Origin: Octopus vulgaris
Lineage: Eukaryota
Assembly (NCBI GenBank): GCA_951406725.2
Contig: OX597818.1
Span: forward strand, 49,662,001 to 49,726,000
DNA: 64,000 bases
Direction: 5' to 3'
The notes below the pieces were generated by a model. That model was not told where the DNA came from. It was given only the letters and a program-made list of their open reading frames with translations, and ran no database searches. Of the stretch, positions 12,936 through 26,244 are shown piece by piece. The stretch's first letter is position 1, and each line of letters opens with the position of its first letter. The position numbers were made by a program, and so were the translations under genes.

Positions 12936-13477
12936 GTAGCTGTCACTTAGTTGACAGCAGTGACAGACGACAACAAAAATATTGAGCACTCAATCCGGAT
13001 TTATATACTTTATGACATATTTAATGCATTGTTTCTGAACAGTAATATGGTTAATAAGATTATAATTTTCCAAACTATTGCACTCACCTTTAGAGATGTA
13101 AATTTTGTTCTCTTCTTATAGTTATGTTTAATGCTTGTTGTGACAAGCAAATATCACCAAAAAATACTTTGTGTGTCAATCTATCAAAGAAAGGCTGAAA
13201 AGTTAAAATGATTTCAGAATGAACCAGCCATGTGCTTCTCAGAAGACATGTAAAGATAAGCTCTGAAATGAACAGGTCAGCTCTAGCAAGCTCAAGCAAG
13301 TCTACCCTAATTGAGCAAGTCAGCTCTGGTTGAGCAAGTCAGCTCTGGTCAAAGCACAAATGATCAAAAATTTCTTGAAGAAATATAAAACTCAATTAAA
13401 ATCTTATTAACGTGTCAGAACAACATTAACATATGCTCTTGCTATCAAGGGATTTCATGTTGCAACATTTGACAAGA

Positions 13478-13708
13478 TTAACCCTTTCATTACCAACCCT
13501 GTTGAAACCGGCTCTGGCTCTGTAGTACAAATGTCTTGTTTTCATAAGTGTTGAATTAAAATCTTCCACCAAACCTTAGTCACAATTTATGTTTCCTAAC
13601 TCTCGCTTGAATGATAACTAAGTTATTTTACTAAATTCTTTGTTATATTTAAAGTAATTGAAAGAAACGCAGAGCATCTCAAAATAAATACAGTAACGAA
13701 AGGATTAA
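13478..13708. mobile_element. piggyBac-type MITE
   Basis: TTAA-CCCTTTCATTAC...GTAACGAAAGGA-TTAA; second copy at 60585. Confidence 0.85.
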
Positions 13709-14054
13709 AGATAATTGTATCAAGAAACTACTAATTCTCAAAAAAAGGAGTCCTCAGTGAAGAAAATCATAAACCAGCAAAGTTAGCCATAAATCTTAAC
13801 AAAAGATAATTAATGAAAGACGAGGGACCAATGCTGAATAAAGAGCTAAGATTCCTCACAACAGTTCAAAGAGACTCCCTATACATATGAACCTCAAACA
13901 AAGTGCCAGCAAAAGTACTTTAAAAAGTTAGTAGTGAATGAATTAGATGGAAAGCTTGAAATACATTGAAGAACCCAAAGTCTCCTATGTCAAAAATCTT
14001 TAAAAATGGAACAATACCATCAACAGAATGACAAGCATCATTTTTGTAAGAGTT

Positions 14055-14290
14055 GTGTATATATATATGTGTGTGTGTATATGTTTGTGTGTATGTATTT
14101 GTTCCCCCAACATCGCTTGACAACCGATGCTGGTGTGTTTACATCCCCGTAACTTAGCAGTTCGGCAAAAGAGATTGATAGAATAAGTACTAGGCTTACA
14201 AAGAATAAGTCCTGGGGTCGATTTGCTTGACTAAAGGTGGTGCTCCAGCATGGCTGCAGTCACTTGACTGAAACAAGTAAAAGAGTGAAA
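14055..14290 (+). mobile_element. SINE family A 3' half
   Basis: Runs from the microsatellite to the gtaaaagag tail. Confidence 0.85.
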
Positions 14291-14309
14291 GTGTATTAGT
14301 AATTGTTGT

Positions 14310-14536
14310 GTTAATATTAGTTTAAATTTTGGCACAAGGCCAGCAATTTGGGGGCGGTGGTGGGGAGAAAAGTCAATTGCATCAACCCCAGTGCACAACT
14401 GGTACTTATTTTATTAAGTCCAAAAGAATGAAGGGTAAAGTTGACTTGGCAGGATTTGAACTCAGAACATAAAGCCAGATGAAATACAGCTAAGCATTTT
14501 GCCAGGCATGCTAACGGTTCTACCAGTTCACTGCCT
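14310..14536 (-). mobile_element. SINE family C
   Basis: accccagtgcacaactggtacttattttat...gatttgaactcagaac. Confidence 0.7.
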
Positions 14537-14579
14537 TAATTGTTGTTTTAGTATTGGTTTCAAATTTTGTGACAACATA

Positions 14580-15253
14580 TAGGCGCAGGAGTGGCTATGT
14601 GGTAAGTAGCTTGTTTACCAACCACATGGTTCCGGGTTCAGTCCCACTGCGTGGCACCTTGGGCAATTGTCTTCTACTATAGCCTCGGGGCGACCAAAGC
14701 CTTGTGAGTGGATTTGGTAGACAGAAACTGAAAGAAGCCTGTCGTATATATGTATATATGTATATGCGTGTGTGTGTTTGTTCCCCCTAACATCGCTTGT
14801 CAACCGATGCTAGTGTGTTTATGTCTCTGTTACTTAGCGGTTCGGCAAAAAAGACTGATAGAATAAGTGGTAAGTAGCTTGTTTACCAACCACATGGTTC
14901 CGGGTTCAGTCCCACTGCGTGGCACCTTGGGCAAGTGTCTTATACTATAGCTCAGGCCGACCAAAGCCTTGTGAGTGGATTTGTAGATGGAAACTGAAAG
15001 AAGCCCGTCGTATATATGTATATGCATGTGTGTGTTTGTGTGTCTGTGTTTGTTCCCCCTAACATCGCTTGACAACCGATGCTGGTGTGTTTATGTCTCC
15101 GTTACTTAGCGGTTCGGCAAAAAAGACCGATAGAATAAGTACTGGGCTTACAAAAGAATAAGTCCCGGGGTATTCGTAATTGTTGCTCGATTAAAGGCTG
15201 TGCTCCAGCATGGCTGCAGTCAAATGACTGTAACAAGTAAAAGAGTAAAGAGA
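14580..15253 (+). mobile_element. Tandem dimer of SINE family A
   Basis: First unit stops at gaataagt (~14868) and the sequence restarts at gtggtaagtagctt. Confidence 0.85.
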
Positions 15254-15269
15254 GTAACATCAGCATGTT

Positions 15270-15663
15270 TGGGGTAGGGGTTAAATCAATTACATTCAAC
15301 TCCAGAAACCAATTGGTACTTATTTTATCAACCCCGAAAGGATGTGAGGCAAAGTTAACCCCAGCAGAATTTGAACTCAGAACAAAGTTGGAAGAGATAC
15401 AGCTAAGCATTTTGTCCAGCATCGTAATGATTCTGCCGGTTCATCACCTTATAAGTGATGTGTTGATGTTACTTATTTATTTATTGCCCACAAGGGGATA
15501 AACATAGAGGGGGCAACCAACAACAGACAAAGGTATTAAGTCAATTATATCAACCCCTGTGCGTAACTGGTACTTCATTTATCGGCCCTGAAAGAATGAA
15601 AGGCAAAGTTGACCTCGGCGGGATTTGAACTCAGAACGTAATGTTTCTGCCAGCTTGCCGCCT
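15270..15663 (-). mobile_element. Two adjacent SINE family C copies
   Basis: Repeated aactggtactt...aaggcaaagtt...atttgaactcagaac. Confidence 0.7.
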
Positions 15664-15804
15664 TTAACATCAACATGTGTTGATGTTACTGTTGATAACA
15701 TGCAGTAGATTGGCAGGGTCAGTAGAGAGGTGGACCTAATTTGCAGTATTTACTTACATCCCTCTACATTCTGAGTTCAATTCCCACTAGGGTTAAATTT
15801 GTTA

Positions 15805-16295
15805 TCGAAATCGAAATTAAATTCGATGACTGGCATCTGTGCTAGTGGAGTCCTAAGAACACCATCCAGGTGTGATCGTTGCCAGAGCAACTGACTGGCT
15901 TCCATGCCAGTGGCATGTAAAAAGCACCATTTGAGCGTGATCATTACCAGCGTCGCCTTACTGGCACTTATACCAGTGGCACATGAAAAAACATTCGAGC
16001 GAGGTCATTGCCAGCGCTGCTGGACTGGCTCCTGTGCAGGTGACACGTAAAAACACCATTTGAGCATGGCCGTTGCCAGTACTGCCTGACTGGCCCTCGT
16101 ACCAGTGGCTCATAAAAGCACCCACTACACTCTCGGAGTGGTTGGCGTTAGGAAGGTCATCCAGCTGTAGAAACTCTGCCAGATCAGATTGGAGTCTGGT
16201 GCAGCCATCTGGTTCACCAGTCCTCAGTCAAATCAAATCGTCCAACCCATGCCAGCATGGAAAGCAGACGTTAAATGATGATGATAATGAGGAGG

Positions 16296-16336
<41 letters not shown>
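15805..16336 (+). mobile_element. Family B retroelement (RTE-type 3' tail, (GAT)n end)
   Basis: aaaagcacccactacactctcggagtggttggcgttaggaagg...ccaacccatgccagcatggaaagc...gatgatgat. Confidence 0.85.
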
Positions 16337-17416
16337 CCTACTAGAGTTGATAAAATAAGTAGTCTTCAGAAATTGAGGTAGATCTAATCAACCATGCTCC
16401 TTCCACAACTTTTATGGCCTTGTGGACTAAGTTAAAACCAATATTGTTGCTGGTTTCACTGCTGTTGATGATGTTTTCTGTTGTCATTCTTCAGAAACAA
16501 TAATTCTCATTGACACTTAAGTTACCTTCAAGAATATCTAATAATATATTTCTTAATCTTCCATTTTCTTCCTACGTAACTTATTATAGATGTCACCAGA
16601 AGTAACATGATGAAAATTGTGTCTCGTGGAAACAATTTTCTTCATCTGTATCCAACTTATTTTAAAAGTTATGTTGAGAAACGCATAATGATATTATATC
16701 AATCAACTTGACATAATGAGGAAACCTCTAAGTGGTTGCTTGACCTGCAAGAAACTACAGCCAAATTTTCCTCAAATATTACCTTACCATCTTCAAAAAT
16801 GGATGTAGTAATACATCTTCAGGATGTAGTAAATACTGAATATAATATTCCAGAAAAGAGAGGATGTCATAGAAAGCTAGTTGAGAAATGTCTACTTGAC
16901 ACACAGAAATAATTCTCACATATGTGAACACTATCAGAGACTAACAATGACTTTAAATCTGTCTAAAGCAAGCTTTAAACACCTAGAAAATCAGTGGCTT
17001 ATAAAATCTCCAAGATACTCTTACAAATATTCCCAAACAGCTACATTTACAAATAACCTGGGAAAATATCCAAATTTACTGGGAAAATACCATTAACACT
17101 GCTTTAGCAACACTGACCAAAACAGGGAATGCCTTTATGATCTCCCTTCCCAACATCACAGGTCTGCATAGAATGCATTTAAAAATAAAAACTTTTCACG
17201 AACAAACTTTGTGACTCTGGCACAAAAGTATAAGAATTCTGTAATACAACACAAATGGTACTAAAAATACCTTTATGAAACGAAAATCACTCATCAAGTA
17301 ATAATTTAGGAAGTATTTTTACTGCCAGAACACAGAATTTCCATCATTCTAAATTATTCTCAAATCAGACTAGAAAGGCCTTTTACAATAGAGGGCCCTT
17401 TCACAATAAAAATTTG

Positions 17417-17834
17417 TAGGCGTAAGAATGGCTGTGTAGTAAGTAGCTTGCTTACCAACCACATGGTTCCAGGTTTAGTCCCACTGCGTGGCACCTTGGG
17501 CAAGTGTCTTCTACTATATCCTCAGGCTGACCAAAGCTTTGTGAGTGGATTTGGTAGACAGAAACTGAAAGAAGCCCATCATATATATGTATATATATGT
17601 GTATGTGTGTGTATATGTTTGTGAATCTGTGTTTGTGCCCCCCTCCCAATATCGCTTGACAACCAATACTGGTGTGTTTACGTCCCTGTAACTTAGCGGT
17701 TCGGCAAAAGAGACTGATAGAATAAGTACTAGGCTTACAAAGAATTAGTCCTTGGGTCGATTTGCTTGACTAAAGGCGGTGCTCCAGCATGGCCACAGTC
17801 AAATGACTGAAACAAGTAAAAGAGTAAAAGAGTA
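17417..17834 (+). mobile_element. SINE family A
   Basis: Full-length copy. Confidence 0.9.
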
Positions 17835-18160
17835 TTCAATAAACATATATTTCAAGTCACATTAGCAGGCTAATGAAAGACAATACTTCAAAAGAAATAA
17901 ACCAGTAACACAAAGTAAAAATATAAACCAGTAACACAAAGCGCATTAATATAACAAACATACCACCAATATTTACCAACTGCTCCACTAGATTACATAC
18001 TCTCACTAACACTTTGATACATACACTATCATGAATGAAGACATCAACATACATGACACCTACTGCCTTTCAAATAGCATTGACAGGAGACAGATGATGT
18101 AATATCATTGCAACTCAACTTCTTTTATATCAGATAATAATAATAATGATGATAATAATA

Positions 18161-18829
18161 ACCACACCTTGAAATGAGAGATAAAAATAATCACTGAGAA
18201 ATGAGCCCATAAAACACATCTGATAAAGGCAAAGACTGACAAAGCTCAGACAGCATATACAGGAAGGAGACGAAAGTATCAATCAATTTTTGAGTAAGTG
18301 CAGTATACTAGCACAAAAAGAGTATAAGTGCAGGCATGACTTCATAGGTAAAAGAGTGCATTGGCAAGTTAGCTGAGTATATAGCTTTAAAACAAGAGAA
18401 AAATGGTATGGACACAAATCAAAGGTTGCAATAGAAAATGAAAATTACAAGATCTTTGGGAATTTCCCTATGGAACTGACCATACTATTCAGATATGATT
18501 ACAGAGGACAAAATAAAACAAACAGTGTAAGATCATAGATTTTGCAGTTCCCTATGATACCAAAGAAATTGAAAAAAATTGAGGAATATCATGATCTTGC
18601 CAGAGAGCTGAGGAGGGTGTGGAAGACCAGGACAACAATTATTCCTGTACTTGGCACAACACCCAAAAGACTGAAAGAGATTGGAATTGAAACTTGCATT
18701 GTTGACCTGGACAAAAGTACCAATTATATTCTGTAAGAATACTAAGGATGATTCTTGAGATTTTGAAGTGAATTGTTGTCACCAAACATCAAGATAAAAT
18801 ACCTGCTAACAGAATTATCTTGCATTAGT
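18161..18829 (+). mobile_element. R4/Dong-like LINE 3' fragment (restriction-like endonuclease region)
   Basis: Frameshifted peptides CSILAQKEYKCRHD, KWYGH, ENENYKI, KIIDFAVPYD, KIEEYHDLARELRRVWK..IIPVLG; (TAA)n on both sides. Confidence 0.75.
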
Positions 18830-19696
18830 ATAATAATAATAATAAAGGAAAACAGCTTAGGCAGATAACATAATACTAACATATTTACACCTTTCTCCAA
18901 ATACTGCTGTACAATAACATTAACCCTACATAAACCACCTGTAAACCTGGTTCAGCAACAACACACTTAAGATAGTAACTACTAAAGAGAACATAAGACA
19001 CAACCAACCCTGACACTCAATAATATAGACATACCACCCACGTACACCCAAAAGACAAAATACAAGATGTTACATATAACATATAACATATAACAACATT
19101 TAAAACACAAAAAAGAAAGCAAAATGACACACAGACACTCTTAAGGCAAGCACAAGGTACCATATTTTACCCAGCAAAAAGAAATAATAATAATAGTGTA
19201 AAAACAATTCATTAGATCCATTATGGACTATTTCAGTCCTGTCTGGACTTTGACTCATCACAAAAAACCATGATAAACTATTAAACTATAAAGAACACAA
19301 AACACTGCACAAAACAGATTGAATATGAATCACACCTATTGACTAGCCACACAATAAAATATTAAAAAGAAAAAGCAATCTGGCCGTGTAAAGAACACAG
19401 CTTGTTGCCCCAACAAGCTCCAGCTCTCTCTGTCTCTGTTATTACATGAAAAAAGGTAAAAGAAATCCTCTAAAAACCCACATATATATACAATACTCCA
19501 GAGTACTACTATACTAGAATCTTAAAAATCACTATTTCTCTCATTCAGCTCAGGTAAAAAATTGCAACATCATTTTACCTCATTATTCTCATTAGTCCCA
19601 AATAGTGTGTTGAGATGCACACCATTATCAGTAATGAAGAGGAAGAGCAACTGTCATGTATAAAGTTCACCTTAAATAATAATATTAATAATAATA

Positions 19697-20119
19697 ATAA
19701 TGAAATTATTGTGTTTAGTGCTCAGGTGTGCTACAACTCATTAAAGGTGCACAGAATTATGTGCAAATGTCAGGTAAGTGAACAATGTATGAGTCATGAT
19801 ATACATATGTGCATGCGAATGGAGGGGAAGATATCAGGTGTAGTGTTGGTAAATTTCAGGAAGCATGGAAGTTTTAAAGGATGCAATATCTCGGCAACTA
19901 ACAACTGATGCAGGTAGTTTGTTCCATGCTTCAGTAACTCTGAGTGTGAAAAAATGTTTCTGAAGGTCATGGGAGTTGTGCTGTTTTCTGACTTTATAGG
20001 CATTCCCATGTGTGTTAGACACATGAGGCTCAAAAAGATGTTTAAGGTGGTTGTTGGCATGATGGTTAATAATTTTGTGGATGTTTACCAAGTCAGTTGC
20101 CAGATGTCAGAGCTTCAAT
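19697..20119 (-). mobile_element. CR1-like LINE 3' end (same family as 5307)
   Basis: HKIINH..THGNAYKVRKQH..FFTLRVTEAWNKLPASVVSC. Confidence 0.85.
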
Positions 20120-20395
20120 GTCGTTTAACGTCTGCTTTCCATGCTAGCATGGGTTGGACGATTTGACTGAGGACTGGCAAACCAGATGGCTGCACCAGGC
20201 TCCAATCTTGATTTTGCAGAGTTTCTACAGCTGGATGCCCTTCATAATACCAACCACTCTGAGAGTGTAGTGGGTGCTTTTACGTGCCACCGGCATGAGG
20301 GCTAGTCAGGCGGTACTGGCAACGGTCATGGAAAATCATGTTTTTTTTTTACGTGTCACCTGCACACCAGCACAAGTGCCACTAAGGCAAAGCTG
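20120..20395 (-). mobile_element. Family B retroelement
   Basis: tcgtttaacgtctgctttccatgctagcatgggttggacg...tgtagtgggtgctttt. Confidence 0.85.
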
Positions 20396-20897
20396 GTGTA
20401 AGGCGAAGCTAATTTGGGAAGACAAAAGCTCCTTGTTATTAGAGCTTATAATTCATTAAAATTGTCTACTCCTTAAACAGTAACTTTATTGGGAACTGAT
20501 GAAAAAATATTTTGGAGCCATGATTTAAAACATTTATTCATCAGTACATTGCTTTCTGTTATTGTTTCACTAGATCCAGACAGTTTCTTAGGGACACGTT
20601 GGTGCACCACAATCAAAAGAAACACAAACTGACATATATATTCAAAATAAAAGTTTCAAATACCAGTAAGTTATGACAAATCTCACTCATAAAGAACAAG
20701 TTGGAAGTATGTACTTAAATAAATAATGTTTTCAATATTATGGAAGTTACACAGATTGACTATCAACATGCTACTGTCACAAATTATTTATCTAAACTTC
20801 TATTTATTTAGAATAAAGTTATTTTGCTCCGTTTCATTTCACTACCACACCATACCATAGCAGTTAGTTTCTTCCATTCCAAACATTATTCATTTCT

Positions 20898-21082
20898 CTT
20901 TTGCTTGTTTCAGTCATTTGACTGTGGCCATGCTGGATTTATTCTTTGTAAGCCTAGTACTTATTCTATCGGTCTCTTTTGCCGAACCACTAAGTTACAG
21001 GGACGTAAACATACCAGCATCGGTTGTCAAGCAATGTTGGGGGACAAACACAGACACACAAACACATACAAACAAACACACG

Positions 21083-21152
<70 letters not shown>

Positions 21153-21640
21153 TGTATATATACATATATGTATATATTTATATATACATATATTTATATA
21201 TACATATATTTATATATACATATATATATATCTATATCTATATATATATATAGTTAATCCAAACATGAAAACACAAAGAGAAAACACAACACGAGGATGT
21301 GGAACAAGTATAGTGTTATTGGACGCTCAGGAAAGGAAAGAAAGAAGGAGGATTTAACGTTTCAAGCGGAGCTCTTCATCAGAAACATAGGAAAAGGAAA
21401 GATCCAAGGAAGGGAAGACGGAGGAAAAAAAAAAATCGCCAACGTTACACATGTTGTCACATTTTATACATATATACAATGGGCTTCTTTCAGTTTCCGT
21501 CTACCAAATCCACTCACAAGGCTTTGGTTGACCCAAGGCTATAGTAGAAGACATTTGCCCGAGGTACCATGCAGTGGGACTGAACCCGGAACCATCTGGT
21601 TCGTAAGCAAGCTACTTACCACACAGCCACTCCTACGCCT
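20898..21640 (-). mobile_element. SINE family A containing a nested PLE-type repeat
   Basis: Both SINE halves are present; the insert 21251-21466 lies inside the TA tract. Confidence 0.85.
21353..21385 (-). ncRNA. Minimal type-I hammerhead motif in PLE-type repeat 21251-21466
   Basis: Minus strand ttt-CTGATGA-a-gagc-tcc-gctt-GAAAC-GTT-aaa; palindromic AACGTT stem III. Confidence 0.65.
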
Positions 21641-22681
21641 ATTCATTTCTCTTTTCTCTCTTCAAGAATAGAGGTTACAGAAAATTTCACACTTTTAATT
21701 CAATTGTCTTCTTACAAGTTCACTTCACAAAGTTCATATTTACTGGACTACAAACACAAACGACTTCTTTTGTTTATTATAAAAGTTTCTACATTGGTTT
21801 TTTTATAAATAGATTTTAAGCAGAAAGAGTCCAACAGAGGCCGTCAGGTATGGTATCAACAATACAGTTACAGTTACTATGGGCAAACATTAAATGTAGG
21901 TCATAGATTTTAATTTAAGATAATCAATTAAAAATATTTATTGATCAACTTATTGTTCAACATTCAATATATATTTGCCCACTGATTGAACAGCTGTTCA
22001 TGATTTATGTTGATGTTGAGAGCCTGTTATACAAGTTGTAAGTGATCTAATGGCACTGACATACATTTCATGATGGGGTTGCGGTTCCATCTGTTGTACC
22101 ATTGTCCGTTGAGAAAGCTAGTTAAAGCATGAGTGGCAGTCAGAATACTGAAGTATTCACAGAACATAGTTCTAATTTTGGGGTTGTAACACTGACCCAG
22201 CATTATGTTTGATGTGTGTGTGTGTGTTTGTGTGTGTGGTAAGTGAATAAGTATGTATGGATTAAGTATGAGAGTGGGAAGAGAAAGAAAAGAAAATGTT
22301 TAGCGAAAGAATAAATTAGGGGGTAGACTTTTAGTTTTGAATTTGTCTTTTGTCTTGAAATGGTAGATTGCGTCATTTCCACATTCTGTGCTTTTATGTG
22401 TAAGAAAAACAAAGCTCATTCACACATGCGCATGCACACACACATACATCTTATCTTTTTACTTCTTTCAGTCATTGGACTGAAAAATCTTAGTGAAGCA
22501 ACTGGTACTCATTCTATTGATGTCATTTGCTGAATTGGTAAATTATGAGGACATAAACAAACCAACACTGGTTGTCAAGTGGTGATAGAGACAAAGACAT
22601 ACACACACACATATCTATCTATCTATCTAGCTATCTAGCTATCTAGCTATCTATATATATGTATGTATATATATATATATA

Positions 22682-22918
22682 TAAGACAAATAAGGAAAAT
22701 ATATATATGTCTTTATGAGTTAGAGGTTAAGAAACCATCTAATGAATATTAAATATTCAATATACTACTGGATATGTACCTCTGTATTTTTAACCAAGTG
22801 CTTACTATTGCATTTGAATACTAGGTATGGGTGGGGGTAAATTGGAAATTTACCCAGGATTTATAAAGCAAACAAGAAAAGGGAGAGGATATCCTCTCCG
22901 TTTTCTTATTTGCCCTAT
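22682..22918. mobile_element. Short element with imperfect terminal inverted repeats inside (TA)n
   Basis: taagacaaataaggaaa ... ttttcttatttgcccta, flanked by TA runs. Confidence 0.45.
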
Positions 22919-22921
22919 ATA

Positions 22922-22973
<52 letters not shown>

Positions 22974-22976
22974 CAC

Positions 22977-23009
<33 letters not shown>

Positions 23010-23734
23010 CATATATATACATATATATATATGTATGTATGTATATATATATATATCATCATCATCATTTAACATCCATGTTCCATGCTAGCAAGGGTGG
23101 AATGGTACCACAAGAGCCAGCCAGGCCGAAGCCTGCACCAGATTTCTGTGATTGTTATGGCAGGATTTTTACAATGCAATAGTTGTGGTAGAGTGTGTAA
23201 GAGGTTTTCTACACAGAGCTTCTAGAACTCAGTTTCGCCGATATGAGTGAGTCTTCTCAAGAACTTCATATCACTAGACATCTCGGGCCATGGTCATTTC
23301 CTCCATGAGGTCCAACTTCCTGAGATCAGTCCTTACCACTTCATCCCATGCCTTATCCCATATATTATCAGAACTGACCTGTGTCTATTACAGCAATGAC
23401 ACATTAAATCTTTTATTACACCAAACAGACACTATTACTACTTATACATCAATTGTTCTATCAAGAGAAGTTTACAAAAGCTTCCCTATATTCTATGTAG
23501 AAGTCTCTACAGGAACATCCATACCCTTTATCTAAAGGTCTGTGTGGTCTCATTACATATGAATCATATATCAGTCTAACTAGTGGTATCACATAAGAGT
23601 AATCAGTGTGGTATACAAATTTTCTATCTTGTAAGACAGGTATAAATGTCATAAGATATGTCTCAAAAGATTGTTCCCAATGTACTGACTTGAGAGTGTG
23701 GCATCATATGTACACCTTTCAAAAATACATTAAG

Positions 23735-23830
23735 GAGGCTTCTGCAATAAGAGCAAGATTATCAGCATATAGCAGTTCCCATAGGCACCCAGTTCTGAAT
23801 TCCTCTATTATGGCCTGGAAACCTGCCAGA
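23735..23830 (-). mobile_element. RTE-like RT fragment
   Basis: QAIIEEFRTGCLWELLYADNLALIAEA. Confidence 0.7.
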
Positions 23831-24896
23831 AGTGGCAATGAAACTCCACAGTGTAGCAATGGGGATGAGGCATACAGTCACCTCCAACACAAGTGTAAGT
23901 GCCAAAGGGTGCAACATTTCTTCTTGCTTATTTTACCTGCTAATTAAGGTGAGAACACCAAAATTGTCTTTGCTGTGAAACAGAAAATACCCTTGCTACT
24001 CCACTGTCCAAATCACACCCTATCGTCAAAAATAAAATAGAAAATTTTTGATTATATAATCTTTGATATATCATGTCTAAAAAAAATATGTGATGGTTGC
24101 AATTGTAATGGTTGTAACCATAGGTCAGCTGGATCAGCTCAATCAGGGTACACATAGAACTAAGGAACAAACTGTGGATAAAGAAGCATAAGGAATCACC
24201 AGAAAGTAACAGAAGTCTTTGATATAATTATAGACATGCAGTATAGGAAGGTTTCAGATGTTATTTTGATTTCAAAAACAGCAAAACCTCGACTTCAACA
24301 AACACAGAATAGGTAAAACGTGACAATTGAAATTTTACAACACCAATAGCTTCATGCTTGACCTTTTGCATCCATTGGTCAATTGCAAGGTAGTGTCAAG
24401 CTGTACCAAGAACTACCAATACCTAAATGGGCCAATGAGGGAATTTTTACTTGGTTGCTTAACTTGCTATGGATAGCAGCGAAATCTCCTTCAGTCCTTC
24501 AGATCACACCTCATCATTTTGAAAAGAGAAAGAACATATTAGATAATGCAAAGTAGAATGATGGGGGTGGATTCTGATAAAATTAGTGTTAGCCTTCGCT
24601 ACTGATATGATAATCTAATCATAGATACTAATAAAAAGACATGATTTGCACAGGTAGAATGTCTATGATCAGAGGACTAATTGGTCAGAGTTGACCTGGG
24701 ATTAAACAACAATCAATAGCTGATATATATTAAAAACAATGCACAAGAATATATATGTATGTGATGGTAGTCCGTCATAGCCTGAGAAAGAGGGTTCTGC
24801 AATTTTTTGCAGAACAACCTGCTCAAATGATTTGTTTATAGTGGTCAGATGTTTGTGCAGCACTTCAACTCACTCCTGCCATCAAATCGACATTAC

Positions 24897-25298
24897 TTAC
24901 TCTTTTACTTGTTTCAGTCATTTGACTGTGGCCATGCTGGAGCACCGCCTTTAGTCGAGCAAATCGACCCCAGGACTTATTCTTTGTAAGCCTAGTACTT
25001 ATTCTATCAGTCTTATTTGCTGAGCTGCTAAGTTACGAAGACATAGACATACCAGCATCAGTTGTCAAGGGATGTGGGAGGGACAAACACAGACACATAA
25101 ACACGCACACACATATATATACAAATACATATATATATGACGGGCTTCTTTCAGTTTCCGTCTACCAAATTCAATCACAAGGCTTTGGTTGGCCCGAGGC
25201 TATAGTAGAAGACACTTGCCCAAGGTGCCATGCAGTGGGACTGAACCCGGAACCATGTGGTTCGTAAGCAAGCTACTTACCACACAGCCACTCCTGTG
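24897..25298 (-). mobile_element. SINE family A, apparently inserted into an older tRNA-SINE (24780-25463)
   Basis: Full A copy; tRNA-like head of the host element at 25400-25463. Confidence 0.8.
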
Positions 25299-25474
25299 CT
25301 TACTTGTACGAATGTATGGTGTATCGCACGTCAGATGTCAACGTGATCACAGAGCAACATGAGATGAAGTGTTTTGCTCAAGAACACAATGCCCCTCCCA
25401 GACCAGTAATTGAAACCACAATCATGCAATTGTGAGTGCAACAGCCTAACCACTAGGCCATGCATATAACATCA

Positions 25475-25748
25475 GTGCCATCAGACTGGCTCTTGTGCAG
25501 GTGGCACGTAAAAAGCACCATTTGAGCTTTTGGTTGATGTTAGTACCACCTGACTGGCCCTCGTACCAGTGGCACATAAAAGCACCCACCTCACTCTCGG
25601 AGTGGTTGGTGTTAGGAAGGGCATCCAGCTGTAGAAACTTTGCCAGATTAGACTGGAGCCTAGTGCAGCTTTCTGGCTTGCCACCCCTCAGTCAAACCGT
25701 TCAACCCATGCCAGCATGGAAAGCTGATGTTAAATGATGATGATTATG

Positions 25749-25750
<2 letters not shown>
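25475..25750 (+). mobile_element. Family B retroelement
   Basis: Family B tail with (GAT)n. Confidence 0.85.
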
Positions 25751-25790
<40 letters not shown>

Positions 25791-25906
25791 CCCGGGGTTA
25801 TAAATAGAGAAGTGGATTTAGAGTGGTTTGTAAGTATTTGACATCTATTTGTGCATAATGGTGCTGGCATTTTAGTGCCCTTAATTATAATTATAATTTT
25901 ATAATT

Positions 25907-26147
25907 ATCATCATCATCATCATCATCATCATTTAGCGTCCGTTTTCCATGCTAGCATGGGTTGGACGGTTCAACTGGGGTCTGGGGAGCCCGAAGGCTG
26001 CACCAGGCCAGTCAGATCTGGCAGTGTTTCTACAGCTGGATGCCCTTCCTAACGCCAACCACTCCGAGAGTGTAGTGGGTGATTTTATGTGCCACCGACA
26101 CAGGTGCCAGACGAGGCTGGCGAACGGCCACGCTCGGATGGTGTTTT
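25907..26147 (-). mobile_element. Family B retroelement
   Basis: (CAT)n followed by tttagcgtccgttttccatgctagc. Confidence 0.85.
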
Positions 26148-26244
26148 TAACTTAAAAATTAATTTTACCAATATGGTCATTTTTTATATGCTAGCCACCG
26201 ATATAATCATTTTAATGATTATATCCTCAATTCATATATATACC

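Noticed and set aside
12662-12989. Poly-His/poly-Gln ORF
   Set aside because: Compound trinucleotide microsatellite with no flanking coding signal.
13081-13200. Minus-strand acceptor and donor pair (ttttcag ... aag|gtgagt)
   Set aside because: All three frames contain stops; no support as a coding exon.
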